From positions 14,850 through 78,849 of the forward strand of contig JABMOK010000090.1 of assembly GCA_013204155.1 (NCBI GenBank): a stretch of 64,000 bases of DNA. The letters are read 5' to 3'. Made by a program: the position numbers and the translations under genes. Below, piece by piece: positions 44,658 through 55,241 of the stretch. Below the pieces are notes generated by a model. That model did no database searches. It worked only from the letters and a program-made list of their open reading frames with translations, and had not been told where the DNA came from. The DNA is from Pseudohongiella sp. (GTDB lineage Bacteria > Pseudomonadota > Gammaproteobacteria > Pseudomonadales > Pseudohongiellaceae). Positions within the stretch are counted from its first letter, which is position 1; every line of letters starts with the position of its first letter.

Positions 44658-45527
44658 GTGCGCTATAAATGCTTTGCCGTAACAATCGAAAACCAGATCG
44701 CCCATGTTGAACTCAATCGTCCCGAGAAACGCAACAGCATGATTGCCGAATTCTGGGAAGAGCTACCGAAAATTATTCGCCAGATAGATACCAATTCGAC
44801 AGCGAGAGTCATCGTCCTCTCCTCCACCGGCCCCCACTTCAGCTCTGGCATAGACATTTCCATGTTTGGCAGCCGCGTTGAAAACAGCGACGATGCCGCT
44901 GCCCAGGAAAAATCGAATCGACAGCGGGGCGCCAAATTTTATGACACCGTCAAGTACATGCAACAAGCCTTTACTTGTTTGGAAGAATGCAGAATCCCCG
45001 TGCTGGCGGCAATTCAGGGCGGAGCCATTGGTGGCGGCGTCGATTTAATAAGCGCCTGTGATATGCGCTACATGAGCGCCGATGGTTTTTTTACCATCTA
45101 TGAAATTAATATTGGCATGACGGCCGATGTGGGAACATTTCCAAGAATTACCAAATTGTTACCGGAAGGCATTGTTAAGGAATTAGCCTACACCGGCAGA
45201 CGCATGTCAGCCGATGAGGCAAAATCATTAGGGTTTGTAAATGGAGTCTTTCCCGATCAGAAAACCTTGTTAGCCGAGGTAATGAAAATAGCAGAACAAA
45301 TTGCTAGCAAGGCGCCTTTGGCTATCTACGGCAGCAAGTGCATAATTAACTATTCCAGAGATCACAGCACTGCCGACAGCCTCGATTACATCGGTATCTG
45401 GAATGCCAGCATGCTACAAACAGCGGAGATCAATGAAGCGATCTCCGCTGCCGCTGAAAAACGTGAAGCCGATTTCGCTGACTTGCCAGTCAAACGGCTG
45501 CATATGGGAATCGGACTAACTGACTAA
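44658..45527 (+). CDS. enoyl-CoA hydratase/isomerase (crotonase) family protein, dienoyl-CoA-isomerase-like
   Basis: It has a GTG start and the crotonase blocks LNRPEKRNSM, FSSGIDI and PVLAAIQGGAIGGGVDL. Confidence 0.85.
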   Translation: MRYKCFAVTIENQIAHVELNRPEKRNSMIAEFWEELPKIIRQIDTNSTARVIVLSSTGPHFSSGIDISMFGSRVENSDDAAAQEKSNRQRGAKFYDTVKYMQQAFTCLEECRIPVLAAIQGGAIGGGVDLISACDMRYMSADGFFTIYEINIGMTADVGTFPRITKLLPEGIVKELAYTGRRMSADEAKSLGFVNGVFPDQKTLLAEVMKIAEQIASKAPLAIYGSKCIINYSRDHSTADSLDYIGIWNASMLQTAEINEAISAAAEKREADFADLPVKRLHMGIGLTD

Positions 45528-45560
45528 TTGCAAGCTTTACACTAACAAAGGACTCAACCA

Positions 45561-47156
45561 ATGAAGTTCAATTATTTCCAACTACTCACAGGCTGTTTAT
45601 TCTCCCTGTTTTCCCTGACTACGGCGGCGCAAAGTATTGCCCAGAGTACCTTCGATGCCGCCGAAGCCTGCCAGCAAATAGGCAAGCTGGCGATGGCTGA
45701 CACCAGAGTTTCCCTCACAGAAATCGTCGAGCAGAATTCATTTACCGCACCCGGCTCCGATAACGCGATAGACACTCCGGCCTTCTGCCGCATCGTTGCG
45801 GTGACCTCACCAGCGGTTAATTTCGAGGTATGGCTGCCGCTCTCGGGCTGGAATGGCAAGTATCAGAGTGTGGGCAATGGCGGCATGGCCGGCACCATTA
45901 GTTACGCCGCGATGGCGAGCGCCCTGCGCCGAGGCTATGCAACGGCAAGCATAGATACCGGTCATGTCGCCGGGCCCATTCCATTCGATGCCTCTTGGGC
46001 CTCTGGCCGTCCCGATCTGATTGAGGATTTTGGTCACCGTGCGCTACATCTCACTACGGTGAACGCGAAACAGGTCACCGAGGCTTTCTATCGGGCTCCA
46101 CCAAATTATTCCTACTATGTGGGTTGCTCCAAAGGCGGACAGCAGGGACTGATGGAAGCACAGCGTTATCCGGATGATTTCGACGGCATCATCGCCGGTG
46201 ATCCGGCCAATGATTGGACCCGTTTCTACGCCGGCTCCCATCTGTGGTATTCACAGGCGATGTTGAATGACGAAGCCAGCCATATACCGCCGGCAAAATT
46301 ACCCGCGCTTGGTGATGCCGTAAACGCCGCCTGTGATGCGCTCGATGGTATCGAGGACGGCATCTTGCAAAATCCACTGGCTTGCAACTTCAAACCCGCG
46401 ACGCTGACCTGTCCCCTCGGCACCGATGACAATAGCTGCCTTACACCGAAACAGGTTACCGCGGTGGAGAAAATCTGGTCGGGTGTCAGCAACTCAAAAG
46501 GCGAATTAATCTATCCCGGACTGGTTCCTGGCGGCGAGGGCTATGCTGGCACCTGGTCTACCTGGGTGAGCGGCCGAGATCCGTTTACCTCTCTGCATTG
46601 GCGTGGCGGAGAAGGCTTCTTTCGTTGGTTCGTGTTCGATGATGCGGATTGGGATTTCCGTAACTTCGATTTCGATAAGGATCTGCAATATGCATTGGAA
46701 AAAGTAGGACCTGCAGTAGATTCAGACGACCCGGATTTACGTCCGTTTAGAAATAAGGGTGCCAAGCTGATCGTGTATCACGGCTGGAGCGACCCCGATA
46801 TTTCACCGGTGGCTTCGATTAATTACTACGAGAGTGTAATCGATATAATCGCCGACGATACCAGGGCCATCAATTATCAGAGTGCTCTGAGGGATACGCA
46901 GGATTTTTACCGCTTGTTTATGGTACCCGGCATGGCCCATTGCTCCGGCGGCCCGGGCCCCGATCGCTTCGATGCCCTCAGCGCACTGGAAAACTGGGTG
47001 GAGCAAGACATCGCTCCGGAAACAATCATCGCTTCGAAGGTAATCGACGGCGAGGTGGTTAGAACCCGACCCCTGTGCGCCTATCCCGAAGTGGCAGCCT
47101 ACGACGGCAGCGGCAGCACCGACGAGGCGACAAACTTTAGTTGTGTTGTTCCCTAG
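45561..47156 (+). CDS. exported tannase/feruloyl-esterase-family hydrolase
   Basis: It has a signal peptide, the nucleophile block YYVGCSKGGQQG, then RYPDDFDGIIAGDPAN and the late GMAHCSGGPGP. Confidence 0.8.
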   Translation: MKFNYFQLLTGCLFSLFSLTTAAQSIAQSTFDAAEACQQIGKLAMADTRVSLTEIVEQNSFTAPGSDNAIDTPAFCRIVAVTSPAVNFEVWLPLSGWNGKYQSVGNGGMAGTISYAAMASALRRGYATASIDTGHVAGPIPFDASWASGRPDLIEDFGHRALHLTTVNAKQVTEAFYRAPPNYSYYVGCSKGGQQGLMEAQRYPDDFDGIIAGDPANDWTRFYAGSHLWYSQAMLNDEASHIPPAKLPALGDAVNAACDALDGIEDGILQNPLACNFKPATLTCPLGTDDNSCLTPKQVTAVEKIWSGVSNSKGELIYPGLVPGGEGYAGTWSTWVSGRDPFTSLHWRGGEGFFRWFVFDDADWDFRNFDFDKDLQYALEKVGPAVDSDDPDLRPFRNKGAKLIVYHGWSDPDISPVASINYYESVIDIIADDTRAINYQSALRDTQDFYRLFMVPGMAHCSGGPGPDRFDALSALENWVEQDIAPETIIASKVIDGEVVRTRPLCAYPEVAAYDGSGSTDEATNFSCVVP

Positions 47157-47177
47157 GCAATTTCAGTAGCCATAGTC

Positions 47178-47215
47178 AGCGTCTTTCAATCTTCTTATGG
47201 TAGTTTGAAAGACGC
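47178..47215 (+). terminator. 12-bp perfect stem hairpin downstream of the esterase gene
   Basis: AGCGTCTTTCAA, a 14-nt loop, then TTGAAAGACGCT. The trailing T tract is weak. Confidence 0.45.
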
Positions 47216-47332
47216 TTTCCAGTGGCTAGCCGAAACCCTGAACGATCTTGATTGCAACTTCCCGATATCACAGACTTGCTTGCACCCTGATGGTGATTAA
47301 TCTAAGTTAGCTCTCCTCGACAAGGAGATTGT

Positions 47333-48892
47333 ATGAGCTGGCAAGACGAAGTAGATGAACTGAGGCGCCGCGAAGAACTGGCGAAACAGATGGGCGGCAC
47401 CGAGCGCATCCAACGTCAGCACGACAACGGTCGCCTTACGGTGCGTGAACGCATCGATGCCCTCGCCGACGAAAATTCCTTTCACGAAATTGGCGCCCTG
47501 GCAGGCAAAGCCAGCTACTCCGATGACGGCAAGCTGGAAAATTTCACTCCTTCGAATTTCGTGCTGGGCACAGCCAGAATCAATAATAGAGCGGTTGTTA
47601 TTGGCGGTGACGACTTCACCGTGCGTGGCGGCGCGGCGGATGCAAAGGTCGGCGACAAGTCTGGCTATGGCGAGCAATACGCGCTGGAGATGCGGCTGCC
47701 GCTGGTAAGACTGATCGACGGCAGCGGCGGTGGCGGCAGCGTTAAGACATTAGAGATGGTGGGGCATTCCTACGTCCCTGCCCTGCACGGATTCGAAACC
47801 ACGATGAAACTAATGGGCCATGTTCCCGTAGTCTGCGCCTGCATGGGCTCGGTGGCCGGCCTCGGCGCCGTACGCACTACTATCTCTCATTTCTCCCTGA
47901 TGATAAAGAACACCAGCCAGCTTTTTGTCGCCGGCCCGCCGGTAGTGGAGAGAGGCTTCGGCAAGCCGGTAGAAAAGAATGAATTAGGCGGCTCGCATAT
48001 TCATGCCCATGGCAGCGGCGCAGTTGATAATGAAGTGGAAACGGAACAGGAAGCGTTCGACACTATCGCTCGATTCCTGTCGTATCTACCGCAGAATGTC
48101 TGGCAGGCTCCGGCAAGAATTGATTCGACTGATCCAGTAGGCAGACGTGATGAATCCCTACTCTCTGTTATCCCCCGCGACAGGCGCCAGATGTATCAGA
48201 TAAGAGATGTCATCCACTCGGTAGTCGATGCGGAATCTTTTTTCGAAATAAATCCTGGCTATGGTGAGTCACTGGTCGTTGGTCTGGCGCGTCTGGATGG
48301 TTATTCCGTCGGCCTCATGGCCAACGATACTCACTACCATGGTGGCGCGGTTAATGCCACGGCCTCCGAGAAGATGATGCGCTTCGTCGATCTGTGCGAC
48401 ACATTCCATATCCCCCTGCTGAATCTGGTGGACAACCCCGGTTTTCTGATTGGCACCAAGGCCGAAGAAGAAGGCACGGTGCGTCTCGGCAGCCGCGCCC
48501 TGATGGCCTGCTACCAGGCATCGATTCCCTGGGTGTCGGTGATTATCCGCCGCTGCTATGGCGTAGCCGGTGCCGGCCACGGCAATGCCGACCGGCTCAA
48601 TCTGCGCTATGCCTGGCCCTCGGCCGACTGGGGCTCGCTACCCATCGAAGGCGGTGTTCAGGCCGCCTACCGTAGAGACATCGAGGCGGCCGAAGACCCC
48701 GCCGCCCGCCGTCGCGAGTTGGAAGACATGCTGGAACAATATCGATCGCCTTTCCGCACTGCGGAAGCCTTCGGCATCGAGGAAATTATTGATCCACGGG
48801 ATACGCGGCCGCTGATGTGTGAATGGATACGCCGAGCCTATGAGATCATTCCGACACAGCTAGGACCGAAAGCCAGAACGCCACGCCCGTGA
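47333..48892 (+). CDS. acyl-CoA carboxylase carboxyltransferase (beta) subunit family protein
   Basis: A 519-aa ORF with two crotonase-like CT halves and the blocks VIGGDDFTVRGGA and GLMANDTHYHGGA. No biotin carboxylase or BCCP gene is adjacent. Confidence 0.85.
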   Translation: MSWQDEVDELRRREELAKQMGGTERIQRQHDNGRLTVRERIDALADENSFHEIGALAGKASYSDDGKLENFTPSNFVLGTARINNRAVVIGGDDFTVRGGAADAKVGDKSGYGEQYALEMRLPLVRLIDGSGGGGSVKTLEMVGHSYVPALHGFETTMKLMGHVPVVCACMGSVAGLGAVRTTISHFSLMIKNTSQLFVAGPPVVERGFGKPVEKNELGGSHIHAHGSGAVDNEVETEQEAFDTIARFLSYLPQNVWQAPARIDSTDPVGRRDESLLSVIPRDRRQMYQIRDVIHSVVDAESFFEINPGYGESLVVGLARLDGYSVGLMANDTHYHGGAVNATASEKMMRFVDLCDTFHIPLLNLVDNPGFLIGTKAEEEGTVRLGSRALMACYQASIPWVSVIIRRCYGVAGAGHGNADRLNLRYAWPSADWGSLPIEGGVQAAYRRDIEAAEDPAARRRELEDMLEQYRSPFRTAEAFGIEEIIDPRDTRPLMCEWIRRAYEIIPTQLGPKARTPRP

Positions 48893-49108
48893 CATATCGT
48901 TGCAGGGAGAGCTGTTCGGCGATTCTGGCGCTATGTTTAAACACCACCAATAATGGAAAAATGGACAGAGTTAAAGGCAAGATCTAAAAAATCATGATCA
49001 AAAGGATCAGAGTACTTTGGCCTTCAATCTTTTTACTGATACCAGGCTGCTCCGATTCCTGTGATTAGCTCAGCTTCAACTCATGCTGCCAGGATACAGG
49101 CTCACGCA

Positions 49109-49711
49109 ATGCCAAAAAAACCCAAGCCTAACAAATTACGCTGCTTCGTCGGCCTCAAATACTCCTTGCTCGAACAGTTACAGCCACTGATCGACGACCT
49201 CAAGGCCTGTGCCAATGATGAAAACAACAAACTGAGAATTACGCCGCCACAGAACCTGCATATCACGCTAAAGTTTCTCGGCTCGGCGAACGAAGATCAG
49301 CTTCCATCGATTAAACTCCTGCTTGGGGAACTCGCGTCAAAATATCATTCTTTCGAACTGCAATGCCGGGGAATCGGTATATTCAAGAACTCGATCTGGG
49401 TTGGCATAGAACCCGAAGACTACCTGACGTCAATCGCCTCCGAATTAAATGACTCGTTTGCATCATTGGGATTCAACGCGGAACAGAAACCCTACATCCC
49501 CCATGTCACCTTGGCCAGATTTGGCCAACAGGCAAAAATTGGACTATCCGCAATGCAGGAGAAATACGTGGGCAAGCAGTGGGGGAACATCAAGGTCGAA
49601 AAATTTTACCTGTACAAGTCCGACACCATTCCAGAGGGCGCCAGATACACTATATTAAAAGGCTTTAAATTCGATTCGGGGGCAATAGCCTCCAAGCCAG
49701 AGACCCCGTAA
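49109..49711 (+). CDS. thpR: RNA 2',3'-cyclic phosphodiesterase (2H phosphoesterase, LigT/ThpR)
   Basis: It has the two HxT motifs, HITLKFLG and HVTLARF. The start is moved to MPKKPKPNKLRCFVGL. Confidence 0.8.
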   Translation: MPKKPKPNKLRCFVGLKYSLLEQLQPLIDDLKACANDENNKLRITPPQNLHITLKFLGSANEDQLPSIKLLLGELASKYHSFELQCRGIGIFKNSIWVGIEPEDYLTSIASELNDSFASLGFNAEQKPYIPHVTLARFGQQAKIGLSAMQEKYVGKQWGNIKVEKFYLYKSDTIPEGARYTILKGFKFDSGAIASKPETP

Positions 49712-49779
49712 CAAACTCTGTCGCATAAATTTTTGACCAGCATTAACAACCATATTACAGGCCAGTTCTGGCTCGTTGT

Positions 49780-50997
49780 TTATTCCACCGGTTCGATGCG
49801 CAGCAAGGCGCCGTCTGCTTCGTCGGTTAACACATACAGATAGCCATCTGGCCCCTGTTGCACGTCGCGCACCCGATGATTCAATTCACGCAACAAACCT
49901 TCACGCCGAATTTCTTCGCCGCGACTATTAAAGACTATGCGTTCCAGATGACCCGTGCCAGGCAGCCTGCCTTCCATCATTGAGCCGACAAATAAATTGC
50001 CCTGCCATGCGGGAAAGTGTTCGCCGCTATAAAAAGTTAACCCCGCCGGCGCAATCGAAGGCCACCACAGTACGGTTGGATTTTCGTACTCGGCAAGCCA
50101 CGGGGTCTGCGATACCCAATCGCCGCGATACTGGCGACTATAGGAGGCAAGCGGCCAGCCATAGTTCTTCCCAGGCAGAATAATATTGGCTTCGTCACCG
50201 CCCTGGGGTCCGTTCTCGCTAGCCCATAGCGCGCCGGTTTCTGGATGCAAAGCCAGCCCCAGTTGATTTCGATGTCCCACTGAATAAACCTCGGGTAAAT
50301 ATTCACCACTGGCAACAAAGGGATTGTCATCCGGCGCCGTGCCATCGGCGTTCAAGCGCAGCAACTTGCCATAATGCACAGCCGGGTCCTGGGCATATTC
50401 ACCGGTGGCGGCAAACACATAGGAGCCACCGACACTCATCATTAATTTATTGTCGGGGGTGAATAGCAAGGCAGCCGCGGCAATTGCACTATCCACGCCT
50501 TTGGCGACGAATATTTCCTCAACCTCCGTTAGCTTGTCCTCTACCAGCCTGGCCCGCGCCAGCGCCACGGCCTGACTCGGTTCACCCTCATGCATGATCG
50601 CCTTGGTATAGGTCAGGTAAACCACTTGATCATCATCTGGATGCAGTGCGACAGCCATCAGGCCGGCGCGGAAAACCTCCGAGTAAACCTCAGGCACACC
50701 GGGAATGTCTTTCTCTACTAATTTTCCATCCCGCACCAGTCGCAGTTTTCCGCTGTAACGCTCGGTAATCAAGATGTCGCCATTGTCTCGAAACGCCATA
50801 CCCCAGGGATTTGCCAGGCCTGTCGCAATGGGCACCAGCTTGATCTGCTCCACTTCGAAGGTATTCAGTATCAGCGGTTCAGTAATAGAAGGCGGGGCCG
50901 GATTTGTGTTCTGTGCTTGCGCCGTTACGCCACTCATAAACAGGATGATCAGGGACGAGAAAAAACGTAATGGGCGTGATATTAGATGTAATGACAT
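49780..50997 (-). CDS. exported PQQ-dependent sugar dehydrogenase, second paralogue
   Basis: It has a signal peptide and the blocks PWGMAFRDNGDILITERYSGKLR, GHRNQLGLALHP, GPQGGDEAN and NYGWP. Confidence 0.85.
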   Translation of the reverse strand: MSLHLISRPLRFFSSLIILFMSGVTAQAQNTNPAPPSITEPLILNTFEVEQIKLVPIATGLANPWGMAFRDNGDILITERYSGKLRLVRDGKLVEKDIPGVPEVYSEVFRAGLMAVALHPDDDQVVYLTYTKAIMHEGEPSQAVALARARLVEDKLTEVEEIFVAKGVDSAIAAAALLFTPDNKLMMSVGGSYVFAATGEYAQDPAVHYGKLLRLNADGTAPDDNPFVASGEYLPEVYSVGHRNQLGLALHPETGALWASENGPQGGDEANIILPGKNYGWPLASYSRQYRGDWVSQTPWLAEYENPTVLWWPSIAPAGLTFYSGEHFPAWQGNLFVGSMMEGRLPGTGHLERIVFNSRGEEIRREGLLRELNHRVRDVQQGPDGYLYVLTDEADGALLRIEPVE

Positions 50998-51151
50998 AAG
51001 TGACTCTCACTATTATTTACTATTTCTGCAGGCATGCTGGAGAATAAACCCGCTGCCATCTGCCGTCCAGTGGCCGGCGAGAATTCGGCACGGATTTGTC
51101 AGCGTCATCGATTTCTGCGATAAATAGACTTTTTTACGCAAGGTAGAGCTA

Positions 51152-52120
51152 ATGAAAGCGGTAAGAGTCAAAGAATACGGCGGCCCCGAGGTGATGTCCT
51201 ATGAAGAGGTAGAGGTCCCAAGCCTGGGCGCCAAGGATGTATTGGTAAAAATCGAGGCAGCGGGCATCAACTATATCGATACCTATCAGCGTTCCGGCTT
51301 GTATCAGATTCCTTTACCCGCCACGCTGGGTCTTGAGGGGGCAGGCACGGTGGAAGAAGTCGGGCCTGAAGTTACCCTGTTCGCGAAGGGTGATCGCGTA
51401 GCCTATACCAGTGTCCCGGGCGCCTATGCCGAGTATGCGGCCGTGCCGGAAGAGAAACTGGTCAATCTCCCCGATGGCGTCTCCTTTAATCAAGGCGCTG
51501 CCGCGATGTTGCAAGCTTGTACGGCGCACTATCTTTCCCAGTCCACCTACCCCATCAAGAACGGCGATAGCTGCCTGATCCATGCCGCCGCCGGTGGCGT
51601 TGGCCTGCTACTGATTCAAATGGCAAAAATGGCCGGTGCTTTTGTTATCGGTACTTGTTCGACCGAAGAAAAAGCTGAGCTCGCCAGAGCGGCAGGTGCC
51701 GATGAGGTGATACTCTACTCAGAGAAGGATTTCTTACCGGAAGTGAAACGAATTACCGACGGTCGCGGCGTAAATGTGGTCTATGATTCAGTCGGCAAGG
51801 ATACTTTCGACAGAAGCATCGATTGTCTTCAGCCCTTGGGCTATATGGTACTTTACGGTAATGCCAGCGGACCGGTGACCGAATTCAATCCAGCCACATT
51901 AGGACCCAAGGGTTCCCTGTTCCTGACCCGACCCACTCTATTTGCCTACACCGCCGACAGGAAAAACCTGGTGTGGCGTACCAGTGATGTCTTTAACTGG
52001 ATCAATGAAGGAAAACTAAAGTTGCGGATTGAACATTTTTTCCCCTTAGCCGAAGCGCAGGAAGCACACCGGGCTCTGGAAGGACGCAAGACAACCGGCA
52101 AGGTAATTTTAACACCGTAA
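51152..52120 (+). CDS. qor: NADPH:quinone oxidoreductase
   Basis: It has MKAVRVKEYGGPEVM, AAGINYIDTYQRSGLY and AAAGGVGLLLIQMAK. Length is 322 aa. Confidence 0.8.
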   Translation: MKAVRVKEYGGPEVMSYEEVEVPSLGAKDVLVKIEAAGINYIDTYQRSGLYQIPLPATLGLEGAGTVEEVGPEVTLFAKGDRVAYTSVPGAYAEYAAVPEEKLVNLPDGVSFNQGAAAMLQACTAHYLSQSTYPIKNGDSCLIHAAAGGVGLLLIQMAKMAGAFVIGTCSTEEKAELARAAGADEVILYSEKDFLPEVKRITDGRGVNVVYDSVGKDTFDRSIDCLQPLGYMVLYGNASGPVTEFNPATLGPKGSLFLTRPTLFAYTADRKNLVWRTSDVFNWINEGKLKLRIEHFFPLAEAQEAHRALEGRKTTGKVILTP

Positions 52121-52223
52121 AAAGTTCGAGAATTTATTAGCGGCCAGATCAACTACCCTTTTATTGCAGAAGGGTTACTCAACAATTATTAGGTGAATTT
52201 TACGTAAAACAAGGAATTGCAAA

Positions 52224-53108
52224 ATGCTAAAACTTAAATCCCTGCTTGCTGCACTGGTGCTGACGCTGTGCTCAGGCCTGCTTGTGGCACAATCTATCGA
52301 CCTCGGTCGCGGCGCGTTACCGCTGACTGTGCCAGACACTTATGACAGCGACATCCCCAGCCCCTTGATCGTGCTACTGCACGGCTATTCATCGAGCGGC
52401 ACCGGACAGGATTCCTATATGGGATTCAGCAAGATCGCCGATCGCTATGGATTTCTGCTGGTGTCTCCCGATGGTGACAAAGAAGCGGGTGGTGACGAGA
52501 ATCGCTTCTGGAACGCCTCTACAGCCTGCTGTAATTTTTTCAGCAGCGAGGTTGATGATTCCGCTTACATCCTCGACATCATCAATACGGTAAAGTCCGA
52601 ATATAATGTCGACGCAAACCGGGTGTACCTGATCGGTCATTCCAATGGCGGCTTCATGTCTTATCGCGCCGCCTACGATCATTCTGAGACGATTGCTGCA
52701 ATCGTCAGTCTGGCGGGCGCCAACCACATTGAGCAGCGCGCGGCGCCGGAAAATCCCGTGTATATTCTGCAGATTCATGGCACTGCCGATGGCACCATCG
52801 CCTATGAGGGCGATGCTATTCAGGGCAACCCATACCCAAGCGCAATTCAGAGCGTGACGCGTTGGGCCGAATACAATGGCTGTGCTAACAAGGGGGCCAA
52901 GCGCGAACTGCGCGACCTGGAGGGCAATATCGCCGGTCACGAATCCTCCGTGTTGCTATTCACCCAAGGTTGCAAGACTGGCGGCTCGGCAGAATTATGG
53001 ACTATAGCCGGCGGCTCTCATGTGCCGAATCTCTCGGAGACCTTCAGCCAACAGGTGGTTGAGTGGTTATATGCACATCCTAAATCAACGGCCAGTTTCG
53101 CCGATTAG
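52224..53108 (+). CDS. exported PHB-depolymerase-family esterase (alpha/beta hydrolase)
   Basis: It has a signal peptide, PLIVLLHGYSSSG, and the nucleophile elbow LIGHSNGGFMSY. Confidence 0.7.
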   Translation: MLKLKSLLAALVLTLCSGLLVAQSIDLGRGALPLTVPDTYDSDIPSPLIVLLHGYSSSGTGQDSYMGFSKIADRYGFLLVSPDGDKEAGGDENRFWNASTACCNFFSSEVDDSAYILDIINTVKSEYNVDANRVYLIGHSNGGFMSYRAAYDHSETIAAIVSLAGANHIEQRAAPENPVYILQIHGTADGTIAYEGDAIQGNPYPSAIQSVTRWAEYNGCANKGAKRELRDLEGNIAGHESSVLLFTQGCKTGGSAELWTIAGGSHVPNLSETFSQQVVEWLYAHPKSTASFAD

Positions 53109-53215
53109 TGGCAAGGGATGGGTCGGTAAAAATAGCTTCTGCTATTATTAGCCTGCGGCGAATGCCGACCCGCCTTCCAATGCGCAGTGTTGACGCAGGA
53201 GAAAACAACAGCGGC

Positions 53216-53267
53216 ATTAAACAACTACATTAAACAACTACAATAAATAACTACAATAAATAACTAC
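53216..53267. repeat. four 13-bp tandem repeats overlapping the pepF stop codon
   Basis: ATTAAACAACTAC occurs twice, then AATAAATAACTAC twice. The last copy contains the pepF stop (53264-53266). The array lies between convergent genes. Confidence 0.9.
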
Positions 53268-55117
53268 AACAACTCCTCTATCCTATCCATTAGATTATTC
53301 ATTCTCCGCAGCACAGGTGCATAGGCCTCGGGCTGGGTCATATCCAGCCCCGCTTCTTTAAGTAATATTTCATGGGGGTAGTCTGAACCGCCTGCACTTA
53401 ACACCCGGATAAAGGCATCACGCACGGCTACATCGCCAGCGAGAAATTGTTCGGCGAACCAGGCCGCACCAGTAATCGAAGTCGCGTACTGGAAAACATA
53501 AAAATCATAATAAAAATGCGGAATGAAAGCCCATTCAACGGTGTACGCGTCATCAATGGTTAATACGCCCTGATCGTGGCCATGATAGCGCTTCAGCAAC
53601 TCGCCATACATCTCGGTGAACCTCGGCCCGGTAAGCGGCTCACCTCTTTCTGCGGCCTGATGAATCGCCAATTCAAACTCGGCAAACATGGTTTGTCGAA
53701 AAAACGTGCCGCGGATACTCTCCAGCGCGCCACCTAAATAAAACAATTTTTCTTCGTCGCTGCGGGCATTTTCTATCATGTATTCTTCCAGCAGAATCTC
53801 ATTAATAGTGGATGCAATCTCCGCAATGAAGGTCGAATATTCTGCATTTTCCCAGGTATTATTCGACTGCGCCAATAGCGTATGTACCGCATGCCCCCAT
53901 TCGTGTGCAAAGGTAGAGGCTGAATTGTAGTCATCGTTATGGTTGAGTAGCACATAGGGATGTACATCGTAAACCGACCCGTTCATATAGGCGCCAGAGC
54001 GTTTCCCCGGTTGCGGATGACTGTGCATCCAATCTTGAGAGAGTCCCTGCTGCAGCAGAGAGAGGTAGGTTTCACCGAATGGCGCTAAGGCGGCGAAGGT
54101 AATTTCTTTTGAACGCTCCAGGTCGAACACGCCGGTATTAACCTGCACCAACGGTGGATAGATATCGTAGTAACGCAAATCATCCACACCTAACATGGTG
54201 CCACGCAATTTCAGATAGCGATGAAACACCGGCAGCGCTGCATTAACTTGCGTAACCAGTTGCGTATAAATTTCCGGCGGCAGACCGTCGTCGAACAAAT
54301 TATTCGCTAACACGCCATCATGATTGCGCACCCGCGCGGAAAACAGATTGGACTGTACTTCGGCGGCCAGGGTCGCACCCATACCATCGGCATACTGCTC
54401 CCAGGTAGCCCAGAAAGTATCGAAAACCAGCTTCCTGTCGTCACGATTCGCCGTACCACGCCAGCGGCCATAACCCGCCTGACTCAATGTCGCCTCTGTG
54501 CCTTCACTCAGTGTTACCGTCGGCCAGGGGATATCTGCATTGGCGAAATTTTCATAAATTTGTTCTGCTGATGAGAGCACCATACTGGCCTGGGCCAGAA
54601 TAGCCTCGGTTTTCGCATCCAGGGTGTGGGGCGCCTGCCGCAAAATGTCCTGCAACATGAATTCGAAATCTGCCAGACGCGGTTCCTGTGCCAGAAATTG
54701 ATTTATTTTTGTCTCGCCAACTTCGAGCACCTCCGGCCTAATCCAGGATGTTGCTTCTTCCATATCGGAAAGCAATTGCCGGGCCCTGCCGAAGCGGGCT
54801 TGCGCCTGCGCTTGACGCTGGTCGGCGTCTCGCTCCAGAGAGGTATACACATAGGCTCTAGCAACCTCCTTATTAGTAGCTGAATATTCAGCCATAGCCG
54901 CCAGCATAGATGCGGCGCTATTGCCCAGACTCCCTTGGTAATTCGGCAGCGCCGCTATGCGTGCAGAAATTTCAGTCATGGCCAGATCCCAGTCATCTAC
55001 CGAAGCATAGATCTCAGTGAGATCCCACTCGTATCGAACCGTATCATCAGACTGTGCAAACAGGCTTGCTGAACTGAGCAAGAAGCCGATTACCAAGAGG
55101 GTATTGAAGGAACGCAT
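53264..55117 (-). CDS. pepF: exported M3-family oligoendopeptidase F
   Basis: A 617-aa ORF with a signal peptide, the zinc motif FAHEWGHAVH and a downstream EIAS. Confidence 0.85.
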   Translation of the reverse strand: MRSFNTLLVIGFLLSSASLFAQSDDTVRYEWDLTEIYASVDDWDLAMTEISARIAALPNYQGSLGNSAASMLAAMAEYSATNKEVARAYVYTSLERDADQRQAQAQARFGRARQLLSDMEEATSWIRPEVLEVGETKINQFLAQEPRLADFEFMLQDILRQAPHTLDAKTEAILAQASMVLSSAEQIYENFANADIPWPTVTLSEGTEATLSQAGYGRWRGTANRDDRKLVFDTFWATWEQYADGMGATLAAEVQSNLFSARVRNHDGVLANNLFDDGLPPEIYTQLVTQVNAALPVFHRYLKLRGTMLGVDDLRYYDIYPPLVQVNTGVFDLERSKEITFAALAPFGETYLSLLQQGLSQDWMHSHPQPGKRSGAYMNGSVYDVHPYVLLNHNDDYNSASTFAHEWGHAVHTLLAQSNNTWENAEYSTFIAEIASTINEILLEEYMIENARSDEEKLFYLGGALESIRGTFFRQTMFAEFELAIHQAAERGEPLTGPRFTEMYGELLKRYHGHDQGVLTIDDAYTVEWAFIPHFYYDFYVFQYATSITGAAWFAEQFLAGDVAVRDAFIRVLSAGGSDYPHEILLKEAGLDMTQPEAYAPVLRRMNNLMDRIEELL

Positions 55118-55241
55118 GATATTGAATACTCCGAATATTTAAGTAGAAAACCTGGGCACGGGGTTTAGAATAAGTGGTTTAGCCTAAATAGTTCAAATAA
55201 TTTGAATGGCTAGTTTTGACAGTTAGTTTAGGTTGTTATTT

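Noticed and set aside
47297-47677. 126-aa minus-strand ORF
   Set aside because: It is antisense to the 5' end of the carboxyltransferase gene, so it is a shadow ORF.
48994-49068. 24-codon ORF MIKRIRVLWPSIFLLIPGCSDSCD resembling a lipoprotein signal peptide followed by a 6-residue mature peptide
   Set aside because: It has no Shine-Dalgarno sequence and a non-canonical lipobox (IPGC), and it is too short to evaluate. It could be a remnant of a lipoprotein gene, and it is worth a look only if it is conserved.
52389-52940. 183-aa minus-strand ORF
   Set aside because: It lies entirely inside, and antisense to, the esterase gene, which has a clear GHSNGG nucleophile motif and a signal peptide.
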